Source: an uncultured Pseudomonadota bacterium (GTDB lineage: Bacteria > Myxococcota_A > Polyangia > Fen-1088). From it: a stretch of DNA of 52,095 bases. Positions 20,470 to 29,517 of the stretch are shown here, piece by piece. Every line of letters starts with the position of its first letter. Positions within the stretch are counted from its first letter, which is position 1. The stretch covers positions 1 through 52,095 of the forward strand of contig CAWKBC010000019.1 of the NCBI GenBank assembly GCA_963847705.1. The letters are read 5' to 3'. The notes beneath the pieces are model-generated. The model saw nothing but the letters and a program-made list of their open reading frames with translations. It did no database searches and had not been told where the DNA came from. The position numbers and the translations under genes are program-made.

Positions 20470-20637
20470 CCCAGATTGCTTCCCAAGAAAAACGGCAGGT
20501 CTTAACCCACCTGTTGGGGGAGTCAAGCTGGAACCCAAAAAAATCGCCGTCCCAAAATGGGAATGCTGGGAACGGCGCGACTAAGATACGCGCGTCTGGG
20601 GCCCGAACGATCGCTTTTCGACAAGGGAGACAATGTC

Positions 20638-20745
20638 ATGAGCAAGAACCACGATGCCAAGAAGAACGTCAAGAAAGCTCCAACAAAAACGCCGCAGGAG
20701 AAGCGAGAGGCCAAGCGGATCAAGAAGGCCGAGAAGAACAAGTAG
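20638..20745 (+). CDS. Small Lys-rich protein (35 aa)
   Basis: MSKNHDAKKNVKKAPTKTPQEKREAKRIKKAEKNK; AAGGGAGA RBS; AAG/GAG codon bias. Confidence 0.65.
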   Translation: MSKNHDAKKNVKKAPTKTPQEKREAKRIKKAEKNK

Positions 20746-20852
20746 TCCAAGTCGTTGAAGACGGGCGCCGACGGCGGCTCTCCGGCCGTCGTCAGGCGTC
20801 CGAGTGCGTCAGAGACAGCCTTCCGCTGCCGGCCACCGGGAACGAAGGGGCC

Positions 20853-21494
20853 TCATCGCGTCGCCAACAGCGGCGCCGCCGGCGTCGGGCGGGCAAGAAG
20901 CTGCGACTCGGCGAAGGCGAGGGTCGTCTTGAGAGACTCGGTCGCCAGGTATCGCGGCGAGTCGCCGAGCGTGGTCGGCAACGCCAGTCCCACGGCGTCG
21001 ATCCCCGCCTGCCGCGCGAGGTAGATCGACCGCGCCATGTTCACCGTCTGCGTGCAGACGATCGCGTCGGTGACGCCGTAGAAGGCGGCGGCGCGATTCA
21101 TGGTCTCGCGCGTTCGCGTCCCGCCCCCATCGGACCAAAGGTCGGCGGCGGGGACGCCGCGCGCGCGCAGCCAGGCGCGCATGACCGTCGCCTCGGGCGC
21201 CTTCGCGGTCTCCTGACCCGAGACCAGGATCGCCTTCACCCGCCCGGCGCGATAGAGCTCGAGCGCCGCCTCCAGGCGCGCGCCCAGGATCGGCAGCGGC
21301 CTGTCCCCGAAGACGCGCGAGCCGGGGACGATCGCGAACGTGCGCGCCGGGACGGCGTCGGCGCTGAAGTACGCGTACGGTTGCGCGCGGCGGGCGATCC
21401 AGAGGTTCGGACCGAGCCAGCCGGCGGCGGCCAGCAAGACCAGCGTCGCGCAGATCTTGAGCACCCGCGCGCGGGCTCCGACGGACAGGGCCAT
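20853..21494 (-). CDS. SanA/YdcF/ElyC (DUF218) family protein
   Basis: N-terminal TM, AIVPG, RLEAALELY ... ILVSG, MRAWL..RGVP, DGGGTRTRETM. Confidence 0.88.
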   Translation of the reverse strand: MALSVGARARVLKICATLVLLAAAGWLGPNLWIARRAQPYAYFSADAVPARTFAIVPGSRVFGDRPLPILGARLEAALELYRAGRVKAILVSGQETAKAPEATVMRAWLRARGVPAADLWSDGGGTRTRETMNRAAAFYGVTDAIVCTQTVNMARSIYLARQAGIDAVGLALPTTLGDSPRYLATESLKTTLAFAESQLLARPTPAAPLLATR

Positions 21495-21573
21495 TGGTGA
21501 GGAGAAATCGGGAGAGCAGGCGTCGGCCTTGAGGCCTGTCGTGTCGCGGGCGGGGTGAACGACGTCGGCAGCG

Positions 21574-21843
21574 TCAGTTTGCTGGCGGCTTCTTCGCGCG
21601 CGTCCTGCCCGGCGGTTCGCCCCAGCGAAGGACAGCCCGGGCCCCGGGGCTGCGGAAGAGCGCGAAGTTGCGCAGCGCCTCGAGCTTGCGCCTGGTCAGC
21701 TCGAAGGTCCTGGTGCCTCGCGAGAGATCGGCGGCCACCGCCGGCCCGAACAGGACGCCAGCGCCGGCAAGCCCCAGGAAAAGGCAGAGGACGACCGCGC
21801 GCGCGACGCGCCCCCGTCGCTGTCCCGCCACGCTGTCGGGCAT
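21574..21843 (-). CDS. Hypothetical membrane/secreted protein
   Basis: 89-aa ORF with a hydrophobic N-terminal segment. Confidence 0.45.
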   Translation of the reverse strand: MPDSVAGQRRGRVARAVVLCLFLGLAGAGVLFGPAVAADLSRGTRTFELTRRKLEALRNFALFRSPGARAVLRWGEPPGRTRAKKPPAN

Positions 21844-21863
21844 CGGTTGAGCTTCGACCGTCC

Positions 21864-21892
21864 TTGAGCGTGGCGTGGGGGGTCGATAAAGT
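21864..21892 (+). promoter_or_regulatory. Sigma70-type promoter TTGAGC-17-TAAAGT, 6 nt before ATG
   Basis: TTGAGC 21864-21869, TAAAGT 21887-21892, ATG 21899; no Shine-Dalgarno. Confidence 0.55.
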
Positions 21893-21898
21893 ACCCGG

Positions 21899-23050
21899 AT
21901 GACTTACGCCCCCAAGCATCACTTTGCGGTTCGCTTTGCGCGTCACTTTGCGTTTGGTCTGTCCGCCCTCTCACTGGCCGCCCTGTCACTTGGCTCCCTC
22001 GGGTGTGCCGGCGGTTCGAGCTCCGGAGGCACCGGCGGCAGCGGCGCGACGGGCAGCGGTGGCAGCAGCAACGGGACGGGCGGCGCCGGCACGGGGACCG
22101 GAGGCGGCACCGGCGGCAGCGCTCCGGGCACCGGCGGCGCGGTGGGCACCGGCGGCAGCGTTGCCACGGGTGGCACCCCGGGCACCGGCGGCAGCGTCTC
22201 GACCGGCGGCGGGTCGGGCACCGGCGGCAGCGGCACCGGCGGCGCCACGGGAGGCTCCACCGGCACGGGCGGCAGCGTCTCGACCGGCGGCTCGACGGGG
22301 ACCGGTGGAAACGCTGGCGCGGCCGGCGGCGGGGCGACGACCTTCTACACCGACGACTTCGAGTCGGACATGGCAGGCAAGCAGCCGGCCGGCTGGGACA
22401 ACTTCATCGGCTACAACTACAAGACCACCAATCCCAGCAGCAACGGTTCGAGCGCGCTCGCCGACGCCACCCATACCCACAACGGAAGCAAGCTGGCAGC
22501 CCACTTCAAGATCTCGGGCTCCGACCCGGTGTTTCTCGAGCACGCGCTGCCGACCGGCACCAACCACCTCTTTCTCCGGGTGTTCGTCTACCTGACGAAC
22601 GCCATGGGGGATCTGCCCATGAGCGGCGGCGACAACCACGAGACGCTGCTCGGCCTCACCGGAGATCCGACCAGCGCGAACACGCAGATCCGCTTCGGCC
22701 AGATCAAAGGGGTGATCGGGACCAACCAGGTCCCGAGCGACAACATCGCCCCGATCATGGCCCAGTGGTACACGGGCCCGGTGATCTCGGCGGGGACCTG
22801 GCACTGCCTGGAGCTCGAGTTCGACGGCAGCAACGCCACCTACGACGCGCTCCGCGCCTACTCGGACGGAACATTGATCCATTCGATCACCGCCGCCTCC
22901 GACTGGCAAAACGGCGCCCTGCCGGCCACCTGGATGAACGGCATGTTCGTCGACGTGCTGATCGGCTGGCAGAGCTTCAGCAGCCTGGGCAACGAAATCT
23001 GGATGGACGACGTCGCCCTCAGCAGCACCGGCCGTATCGGCTGCAACTGA
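21899..23050 (+). CDS. Secreted lipoprotein: Gly/Thr/Ser-rich linker + Cip1-like beta-sandwich domain
   Basis: Lipobox-like SLGC, (GTGG)n linker, DDFES ... W.CLE ... GWQSF...NEIWMDDVALSSTGRIGC resembling the Cip1 core. Confidence 0.75.
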   Translation: MTYAPKHHFAVRFARHFAFGLSALSLAALSLGSLGCAGGSSSGGTGGSGATGSGGSSNGTGGAGTGTGGGTGGSAPGTGGAVGTGGSVATGGTPGTGGSVSTGGGSGTGGSGTGGATGGSTGTGGSVSTGGSTGTGGNAGAAGGGATTFYTDDFESDMAGKQPAGWDNFIGYNYKTTNPSSNGSSALADATHTHNGSKLAAHFKISGSDPVFLEHALPTGTNHLFLRVFVYLTNAMGDLPMSGGDNHETLLGLTGDPTSANTQIRFGQIKGVIGTNQVPSDNIAPIMAQWYTGPVISAGTWHCLELEFDGSNATYDALRAYSDGTLIHSITAASDWQNGALPATWMNGMFVDVLIGWQSFSSLGNEIWMDDVALSSTGRIGCN

Positions 23051-23079
23051 GTCCCAACGAGGGCCCAACCAGGCCTCAA

Positions 23080-23868
23080 CTAGGCCTGAAGATCAGACGC
23101 CTCGATCGCGGTGGCGCTGGCGATCGCCTCGGCGATCGCGGCAGGGGCCTCGATGGGGAGCAGGTGTCCGGCGTCGGGGATGGTGACGACGCGGCCCGGG
23201 CGGCCGCCGCGACAGGCGGCGGGGACCATCGCGTCGTCGGCGCCGTCGAGCCAGACGAGCGGGCAGGCGATCTGCGCCAGGCGCGGGTGAAGGTCGGTGG
23301 ACCGGACGATCTCGAAGTCGGCGCGGGCGACCTCCGGCGGCGTGGCGGCACGTCCGACGCCGGCGGCGAGGAAGCCGCGGCGGATGGCCGGCCTGGCGCG
23401 CGGGGAGAGGCTGCGGTCGGCCAGCCAGCTCGTGGCGCGGTCCGGATCGTCGTGCAGCAGCAACAGAAGCTCCGGGTCGACGGGGATCTTGGGCGCGGCG
23501 GCGGCGAGGATCAGCGCGCGCACCCTGTCGGGCCAGGCGAGAGCGAGCTCGAGCGCGACCAGCGCGCCCATCGAGTGGCCGACCAGCACCGACGGGCCGA
23601 GGTCGAGCGCGCCGCAGAGCTCGCCGACGGCGTCGCGGTAGCGTTCGAGCGACAAGGTCGCCAGAGCGCCCAGCTCGCTCGGACCGTGGCCGGGGAGGTC
23701 GACGGCGATGGCGTGCGCGTCGCGGGCCACCCGCGCCATCGTCATCGACCAGATCCCGGAGCCGGCGCCCGCGCCGTGGATGAAGACCACCGACGGTCGC
23801 TGGGGGCGGCGCTCGCCGCGCTCGGCGTAGTGGATGCGCCCGGCGTGGGCGAGCGCGAGGTGGGGCAT
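23080..23868 (-). CDS. Alpha/beta fold hydrolase
   Basis: FIHGAG, DLPGHG, GHSMG, DGADD, AGH. Confidence 0.9.
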   Translation of the reverse strand: MPHLALAHAGRIHYAERGERRPQRPSVVFIHGAGAGSGIWSMTMARVARDAHAIAVDLPGHGPSELGALATLSLERYRDAVGELCGALDLGPSVLVGHSMGALVALELALAWPDRVRALILAAAAPKIPVDPELLLLLHDDPDRATSWLADRSLSPRARPAIRRGFLAAGVGRAATPPEVARADFEIVRSTDLHPRLAQIACPLVWLDGADDAMVPAACRGGRPGRVVTIPDAGHLLPIEAPAAIAEAIASATAIEASDLQA

Positions 23869-23879
23869 CGCGCGCCCGG

Positions 23880-24843
23880 TCAGCCGGCTTTGAGCTTCTT
23901 GACCGCCGCGACCAGTGGCGGGATGGCCTTTTCCCAGGTGTCGACCAGGCCGTAGTCGGCGACCTGGAAGATCGGCGCCTCGGGATCTTTGTTGATCGCC
24001 ACGATGACCTTCGACCCCTTCATCCCGGCCAGGTGCTGGATGGCGCCCGAGATCGCCACCGCGATGTAGAGCTGGGGCGCGACGACCTTACCGGTCTGGC
24101 CGACCTGCAGGTCGTTGGGGACCATGCCGGCGTCGCAGGCGGCGCGGCTGGCGCCCAGCGCGCCGCCCAGGAGAATCGGTCAGCTCCTCGAGCACCTTGA
24201 AGTTCGCCCCCTCGCGCATGCCGCGTCCGCCGGAGACGACCACCTTGGCCTCGCCCAGATCCGGGCGGGCGCTCTGGGTGGCGTGCAGGCCGACCAGCTC
24301 GGCGCCCAGCGCGTCGACCGAGGCGACGGCGACGGTTTCGATTGCGCCGGCGGCGCCCGCGGTCGCCTGCGGAAAGGCCGTCTGCCGGACGCTGGCGACG
24401 AGCACCGGTCCAGCGATCGTCACCTCTTCGATGGCGTTGCCGGCGTAGGCCGGTCGCCTGAAGCGGTTCGCCGCCAGCACCCCGGTGATGTCCGAGGCCA
24501 TCCCCGCGCCCAGCAGCGCCGCCGCACGCGGCAGGAGGTCCTTGCCGGTCGACGTCGCGGTGCCGAGCAGCGCCGTCGCGCCAGCGCGCTTGACGGCGTC
24601 GACCAGCTGAGGCGCCCAGGTCTCGGCCAGCGGCGCGGCCAATCCCGCGCCGTCGAAGGCGAGCACGCGCGCCGCGTACTTCGCCGCGTCGGCCGCCACG
24701 GCGCTCAGGCCCGCGCCGATCACCACGGCGACGACGTCACCCCCGACCTGCTTGGCCAGCTCGGCGCCGGCGGTCAGCGCCGGGAGCGACGACGACCGGA
24801 TCCCCTTTTCGTCCGACTCGCAGAAGACGACGACGGCGGCCAT
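23880..24843 (-). CDS. etfA: Electron transfer flavoprotein alpha subunit (one +1 frameshift near 24174, likely sequencing error)
   Basis: RPAYAGN, VVSGGRG, then after the shift [42 protein letters not shown]. Confidence 0.9.
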
Positions 24844-25665
24844 CAGAATCACCTTCGCTTCGTTGTGGAGCTTGGCCACCAGCTCGTCGACGGAGGCGAC
24901 CTTGGCGCCCGCCTTGCGCACGGGCGGCGCCTCGTAGGACGTCACGCTCATCGCGGCCTTGGCGTCGGCGCCCAGCTCGGCGAGCGTCATCTCTTTGATC
25001 TCTTTCTTCTTCGCCGCCATGATCCCCTTCAGCGAGGCGTAGCGCTGCGTCTCTTCCCACTCGGCCTCGGGGCCGGCCAGCGCCTCGTTGCGCACCGCCT
25101 TCTTGCCGATGATGCGCAGGTCGACCGTGACCACCGCCGGGAGCCGGACGCGCTTCTCCTCCACACCGGCGTCGACCTCCCGGGTGACCGTGGCGCTCTT
25201 GCCGTCGGCCGCCAGCTTGATGCTGGCCAGGAACGTCGCCTGCGGCCAGCCGAGCAACCCCGCCAGGATCTGCCCCACCTGGTTCGAGTCGCCGTCGACG
25301 GTCTGCTTGCCGAGGACGACCAGATCCGGCTTCTCCTTGGCGACCACCGCCGCCAGGACGCGGGCCGTGGCCAGCGCGTCCAGCGCCGCGTCTTCGCCCC
25401 CGACCAGGATCGCGCGATCGGCGCCCATCGCCAGCACGCCGCGCAGCTGCTGCCCGACCTCCTTGGGCCCGATGCTGACCGCCACCACCTCGCCGGCGCG
25501 CTCGCCGCCTTTCCCCTTTTCGGTCAGCCGCAGGGCAGTTTCGACCGCGTACTCGTCGAAGGTGTTGAGCTGCCAGCTCGCCGCCGCCAGGTCCAACTTG
25601 CCGCCGCCGATCTTCAGCTTGTGCTCCGGGTTCGGCACCCGTTTGCACGTCACGAGGATTTTCAC
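24843..25665 (-). CDS. etfB: Electron transfer flavoprotein beta subunit (stop masked by a +1 insertion near 24847)
   Basis: MKILVTCKRVP, NTFDEYAVE, GKQTVDGDSNQVG, RYASLKGIMAAKKK, EAKVI. Confidence 0.92.
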
Positions 25666-25786
25666 GATGGGGGTCCTCTCAGTGAACGCGAGGTTGGAAA
25701 CCTAAGCCCTCCGAGCCAAGCTCGTCGGCACTAACGCAGCTGAACCTTAGCGCGCCGGATGGAGCCGCGCTTCGAGGGTTCTCACC

Positions 25787-26290
25787 TCAACCCACGGCGA
25801 GACGGAGCGCCTCTTCGAGGCACATCAGGATCTCGTCGTCGATGTCGACCAGGTAGACCGTCGACGGCTTGGGCTGCCGGTGGGCGCGCAGCTCGTCGAC
25901 CATCGCGCGCGCGGCATCCGACGGATCGACGCCGCCGAGCCCGGTCCCCATTCCAGGAATGGCGATGAGATCGATGTTGTTCCGCGCGGCGGCCAGCAGC
26001 GCGGCCCGCGTCGCTCGGCGGACGTTCTCCACGCCGATCTTCATCCCCGGCTGCTCCATCGTCGGGGCATGAATCACCATCTTGGCGAACAGCGTCCCGG
26101 CGTTGGTCACCACCGCGGCGCCCACCGCGATCGGCGCCAGCGACATCGCCTCCTTCTGAATGGCGGGACCGCCTTTACGGGACAGTGCGGCGGAGACACC
26201 TCCGCCCATGATCCCAAGTGAATTCGCGGGGTTGACCACCGCATCCACGGCCATGAGGGTGATGTCGGACTTGGCGAGATGTATCTGCAT
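25787..26290 (-). CDS. Macro domain (ADP-ribose binding/hydrolase) protein
   Basis: DIT..VDAVVNPANS.G.MGGGVS, VIHAPTM, AIPGMGTGLGG. Confidence 0.92.
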   Translation of the reverse strand: MQIHLAKSDITLMAVDAVVNPANSLGIMGGGVSAALSRKGGPAIQKEAMSLAPIAVGAAVVTNAGTLFAKMVIHAPTMEQPGMKIGVENVRRATRAALLAAARNNIDLIAIPGMGTGLGGVDPSDAARAMVDELRAHRQPKPSTVYLVDIDDEILMCLEEALRLAVG

Positions 26291-26345
26291 GACAGGCGAA
26301 GCCAGGGGGCGCGCCCTACCTTAACATTCCCAGGGCCCCAATCGC

Positions 26346-26379
26346 AAAAACGGACCTGCAGGCCGGCTGGCAGGTCCGT
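26346..26379 (-). terminator. Rho-independent terminator of cdnL
   Basis: ACGGACCTGC/GCAGGTCCGT 10-bp stem followed on the minus strand by a T run. Confidence 0.8.
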
Positions 26380-26381
26380 CT

Positions 26382-26446
26382 CGTAGATTCGTTTCGTAGA
26401 TTCGTTTCGTAGATTCGTTTCGTAGATTCGTTTTTTAGATTCGTTT
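26382..26446. repeat. 13-bp tandem repeat (CGTAGATTCGTTT) x4 plus one variant
   Basis: Units start at 26382, 26395, 26408, 26421; variant TTTAGATTCGTTT at 26434. Confidence 0.95.
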
Positions 26447-26463
26447 CTTGGGGGGGGTCTCGG

Positions 26464-26952
26464 TCAGGCAAACATCAGGTCCAGCTCCTGCTCGACCTTG
26501 TGGGTGTCGGCGGAGCGGGCCACGGAGAGCTCCTGAACGATGAGGCCGCGCGCGGTGTCCAGCATCCGGCGCTCACCGAAGGAGAGCGGCTTCATCCCCT
26601 TCAACCGGTAGAGATCACGGAAGACCTCGGCGACCTCGAACAGGGAGCCCGACTTGATCTTCTCCATGAAGCCGCGGTAGCGCCGGTTCCAGGTCTGCCG
26701 GTCGATGTGAATCTCCTTGTCGCGCAGGATCTCCATCACCTCGGCGATCTCGTCGCGGCCGGCGATTCGACGCAGCCCGACCTGATCGGCCTTGTCCGTG
26801 GGGACGAGAATCCGCAGCCCCGTGTCCAGCCCCTGCAGCACGTAGAAGCTCTGGATCTTCCCGTGCACTTCCTTCTTCTCGATCCCGATGACCTCGGCGA
26901 CGCCCTGGGATGGGTAGACGGCCTTGTCTCCAATTTCGAATTCGGTTCTCAC
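26464..26952 (-). CDS. cdnL: CarD/CdnL family RNA polymerase-binding transcription factor
   Basis: FEIGDKAVYP.QGV, TWNRRYR..MEKIKSGS.FEVAEV.RDLY, LSFGER.MLDTAR; AAGGAGG RBS before GTG 26952. Confidence 0.92.
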   Translation of the reverse strand: MRTEFEIGDKAVYPSQGVAEVIGIEKKEVHGKIQSFYVLQGLDTGLRILVPTDKADQVGLRRIAGRDEIAEVMEILRDKEIHIDRQTWNRRYRGFMEKIKSGSLFEVAEVFRDLYRLKGMKPLSFGERRMLDTARGLIVQELSVARSADTHKVEQELDLMFA

Positions 26953-27135
26953 GGCGTGGACCTCCTTTGGGGCTCCTAGATTCGGAATCACTCCACGGAC
27001 GCCTCGGGCACTCACGACGAAGGGCAGCCTCACCGGTATCAGGCGCGCTTACGTTCACCTACAACGTAACGGGGCACCCACAACCGTGTCAAGGGGAGGG
27101 AAAAGCGGCCCGAAAAGGGGTATTGTCCGCCCCGA

Positions 27136-27912
27136 ATGGCGCGCTACGCGTTCGAGGATCCCATGGCGGGCGCGCAGCCCCGCTCAGGCGGAGGCTGGAA
27201 GCAGCTCTTCTGGTTCGCGGTCGCGTTCACCGGGCTCGGCTTCGCTGGCTACGTGTACCTCATCCCCTACCAGAAGATGCAGCACGCCGTCGGGACGCGG
27301 CAGGCCGAGCTGGCCAGCGAGCGCGAGGCGGCCGAGCAGGCGACGGCCGAGCGCGACAAGCTGAAGACGGAGCTCGAGAAGTACACCAGCACCGACAAGG
27401 ACAAGGCCGCGGCCGAGGCGAAGCAGAAGACGACCGCCGACGCGCTGGCGCTCGCGCTCAAGACCGGGCTCGAGGAGCTGGGCGCCACCGTCACCACGGA
27501 CGGGGCGCAGCTGCGCGTCAGCTTCCCGGTCGCCAAGGTGATCGACGCCAACGGCATGGACGTCTCCGAGACCGGCCAGGCGGCGCTGAAGATCCTGGCT
27601 GGCGCCGCCAAGAAGGAAGACGCCAAGGTGCGGGTCGTCGCGCGCACGTCGTCGGCGCCGCCGCCCAAGGAGCTCCGCAGCCTGTTCCACACCGCCGGCG
27701 AGATGCGCGCCGTGCGCGCCGCCCGCGTGATGTCGGCGCTGGAGGACGCGGGCCTGGCGCCGGCGCAGCTGGGGATCGTGGGCGAGGCCGACAAGCCGGC
27801 CCCGCGTCCGCGCGGCAAGGGCCCGCAAGGGAAGGGCCCGCAAGGGAAGGGAAAGAAGGTCGCCGCGCCAGCGCCGGCCGACCAGCTCGATCTTCAGGTC
27901 GAACCGGGGTAG
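27136..27912 (+). CDS. MotB/OmpA-like membrane-anchored protein (degenerate peptidoglycan-binding domain)
   Basis: Single TM, coiled coil, then LRVSFP ... RAARVMSALEDAGLAPAQLGIVGEADKP; GKGPQ repeats in tail. Confidence 0.65.
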   Translation: MARYAFEDPMAGAQPRSGGGWKQLFWFAVAFTGLGFAGYVYLIPYQKMQHAVGTRQAELASEREAAEQATAERDKLKTELEKYTSTDKDKAAAEAKQKTTADALALALKTGLEELGATVTTDGAQLRVSFPVAKVIDANGMDVSETGQAALKILAGAAKKEDAKVRVVARTSSAPPPKELRSLFHTAGEMRAVRAARVMSALEDAGLAPAQLGIVGEADKPAPRPRGKGPQGKGPQGKGKKVAAPAPADQLDLQVEPG

Positions 27913-27927
27913 CGCTCGTCAGGCCTA

Positions 27928-29517
27928 GTGACGGGCACCGTGCGACACGTGTGGACGGAGCCCGGCTCAGCCCGGCGGAGTCCTTCGCGGGAGGGCTCGG
28001 GAACCCTTCGAGAGTTCCCGCGTAAAAGCCCGTGGGGTCCTTCGCGGTGTCTCGTGGGGGGGCTGGTCGGTCTGGTGGTCTGCGGCGCCCCGGCGCCGGC
28101 CCGCGCGTACGATTTTTCCGTCGACGTTCGCACCATCGGCCAGGGCTATCAGGTGCGCGGCTTCGCCCCCGACGGGAGCAACGAGCTGCTGTCGCGGCGC
28201 CGGCTCACCCAGTACCTCGACCTGAACGTGTTCGACATCGGCCCCGACAGCTGGCACGGCGATGACGGCGGCCGCAACGTCTTCTACGTCGACGCCTCCG
28301 TTCGCCTGGACGCCGATTTCGGCGGCTACACGCTGGGCGCGCCGACCGGGCTCAACAGCATCCAGGAGCTCAATCAGAACGAGCTCGACATCCTCTATGC
28401 GTTTCTCGGCGGGCGAAACATCGGCGGGCACGTCGACTTTCAGCTCGGCCGGCAGATCCACTTCGACCTGATCGACTTCTATTCCTTCGACGGCGCCGAC
28501 GTCCTTTTTCACGCCACCCGGACCTTCGGGGTGGAGGGGTTCGTGGGGACGGAGGTGCGGGGGACGCTGCCGCTGTCGTCGCCGATCTACGAGCTGGACG
28601 GCACCAGCGCCGGCTCGCGCGATCCGGCGACCCGCCCGGCGCAAAACTCGGAGCTGGCGCCGATGGCCGGGGCGGCGCTGGTGGCGGGCGCGCCGGCCGG
28701 CCCCTGGTCGGCGCGGCTGTCGTTCCGGGAGATCTGGTCGGCCACCGCCAATCAGCTTCCGGGCGAGCCGTCGAGCGGCGTCAACGAGGAGGTCGTGTCG
28801 CTCACCGCGACGGCGGCCTGGCGCGACCGGATCTTTCTCACCGGCGGTGTGCGCTACAACGTCCTCTTCGACGAGCTCGACGACGAGCAGCTGGCGCTGC
28901 GGGTGAAGCTGACGCCGCGGCAGTGGCTGACGCTGGAGCACGACTTCCTGGCGCCGACCTTCGACGGCGATTCGATCTGGAACATCTTCTCGACCGGCGC
29001 CTACCGCGATCTGCGCGCCAGCTACGAGCTCGCCCTGCCGCGCGGGGTGAAGGCCTACGCGCGCGGGTTCGCGCGGTTCTACCTGGCCACGTCCGACGAG
29101 ATCGCGCCCCCCGGAACCCCGTACGCCGGCCAGGACGTCGGCGCCGAGGCACCGGGGGGGCGCTTCGCCGCCGGCGGCAGCCTGGGCGTGGCCTGGCGCA
29201 ACCTGCGCGCGATGGTCCGCGCCGACGGCTACTGGGATGACGGCTACGGCGGCCGCAAGGCGGGCGTCGACGCCACCACGCGGATCAAGGTGCGCGAGCC
29301 GATCGAGCTCGAGGGGCGACTGACCGGCTACACCTGGCGAAACGACGTCCAGCCGACGCCGGACAGCAGCGGCGTGGTGTTCGGCGCCGAGGCGGGTGGG
29401 CGGCTTCGGCTGGGGCAAGGGGTCCACCTGCACCTCCTGGTCGAGGACAACGTCGGCACCTACTACGAGAGCCAGTTCCGCGGGCTGGCGATGCTGGAGC
29501 TCGACGCGGGGCTATGA
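27928..29517 (+). CDS. Putative outer-membrane beta-barrel (porin-like) protein
   Basis: Signal-like LVGLVVCGAPAPARA|YDF; many alternating amphipathic strands (FQLGRQ, FDGADV, GGVRYN); stop overlaps the cytochrome start; true start uncertain. Confidence 0.7.
   Translation: MTGTVRHVWTEPGSARRSPSREGSGTLREFPRKSPWGPSRCLVGGLVGLVVCGAPAPARAYDFSVDVRTIGQGYQVRGFAPDGSNELLSRRRLTQYLDLNVFDIGPDSWHGDDGGRNVFYVDASVRLDADFGGYTLGAPTGLNSIQELNQNELDILYAFLGGRNIGGHVDFQLGRQIHFDLIDFYSFDGADVLFHATRTFGVEGFVGTEVRGTLPLSSPIYELDGTSAGSRDPATRPAQNSELAPMAGAALVAGAPAGPWSARLSFREIWSATANQLPGEPSSGVNEEVVSLTATAAWRDRIFLTGGVRYNVLFDELDDEQLALRVKLTPRQWLTLEHDFLAPTFDGDSIWNIFSTGAYRDLRASYELALPRGVKAYARGFARFYLATSDEIAPPGTPYAGQDVGAEAPGGRFAAGGSLGVAWRNLRAMVRADGYWDDGYGGRKAGVDATTRIKVREPIELEGRLTGYTWRNDVQPTPDSSGVVFGAEAGGRLRLGQGVHLHLLVEDNVGTYYESQFRGLAMLELDAGL

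Noticed and set aside
22010-22335. GGCACCGGCGGC repeats as a DNA repeat element
   Set aside because: Explained by the coding Gly/Thr/Ser linker of the lipoprotein.
24088-25665. Genuine 525-aa EtfB-EtfA fusion protein
   Set aside because: A single-base deletion restores the normal stop/start overlap, and an identical indel occurs 670 bp away; an error is more parsimonious.
25787-26290. Macro domain as part of the SIR2/TIR system or a DarTG module
   Set aside because: It lies more than 20 kb away in a core-like context with host codon usage, and has no adjacent ADP-ribosyltransferase.
26382-26446. CRISPR array
   Set aside because: The 13-bp units are directly adjacent with no spacers, and no cas genes are present; it is a simple tandem repeat.
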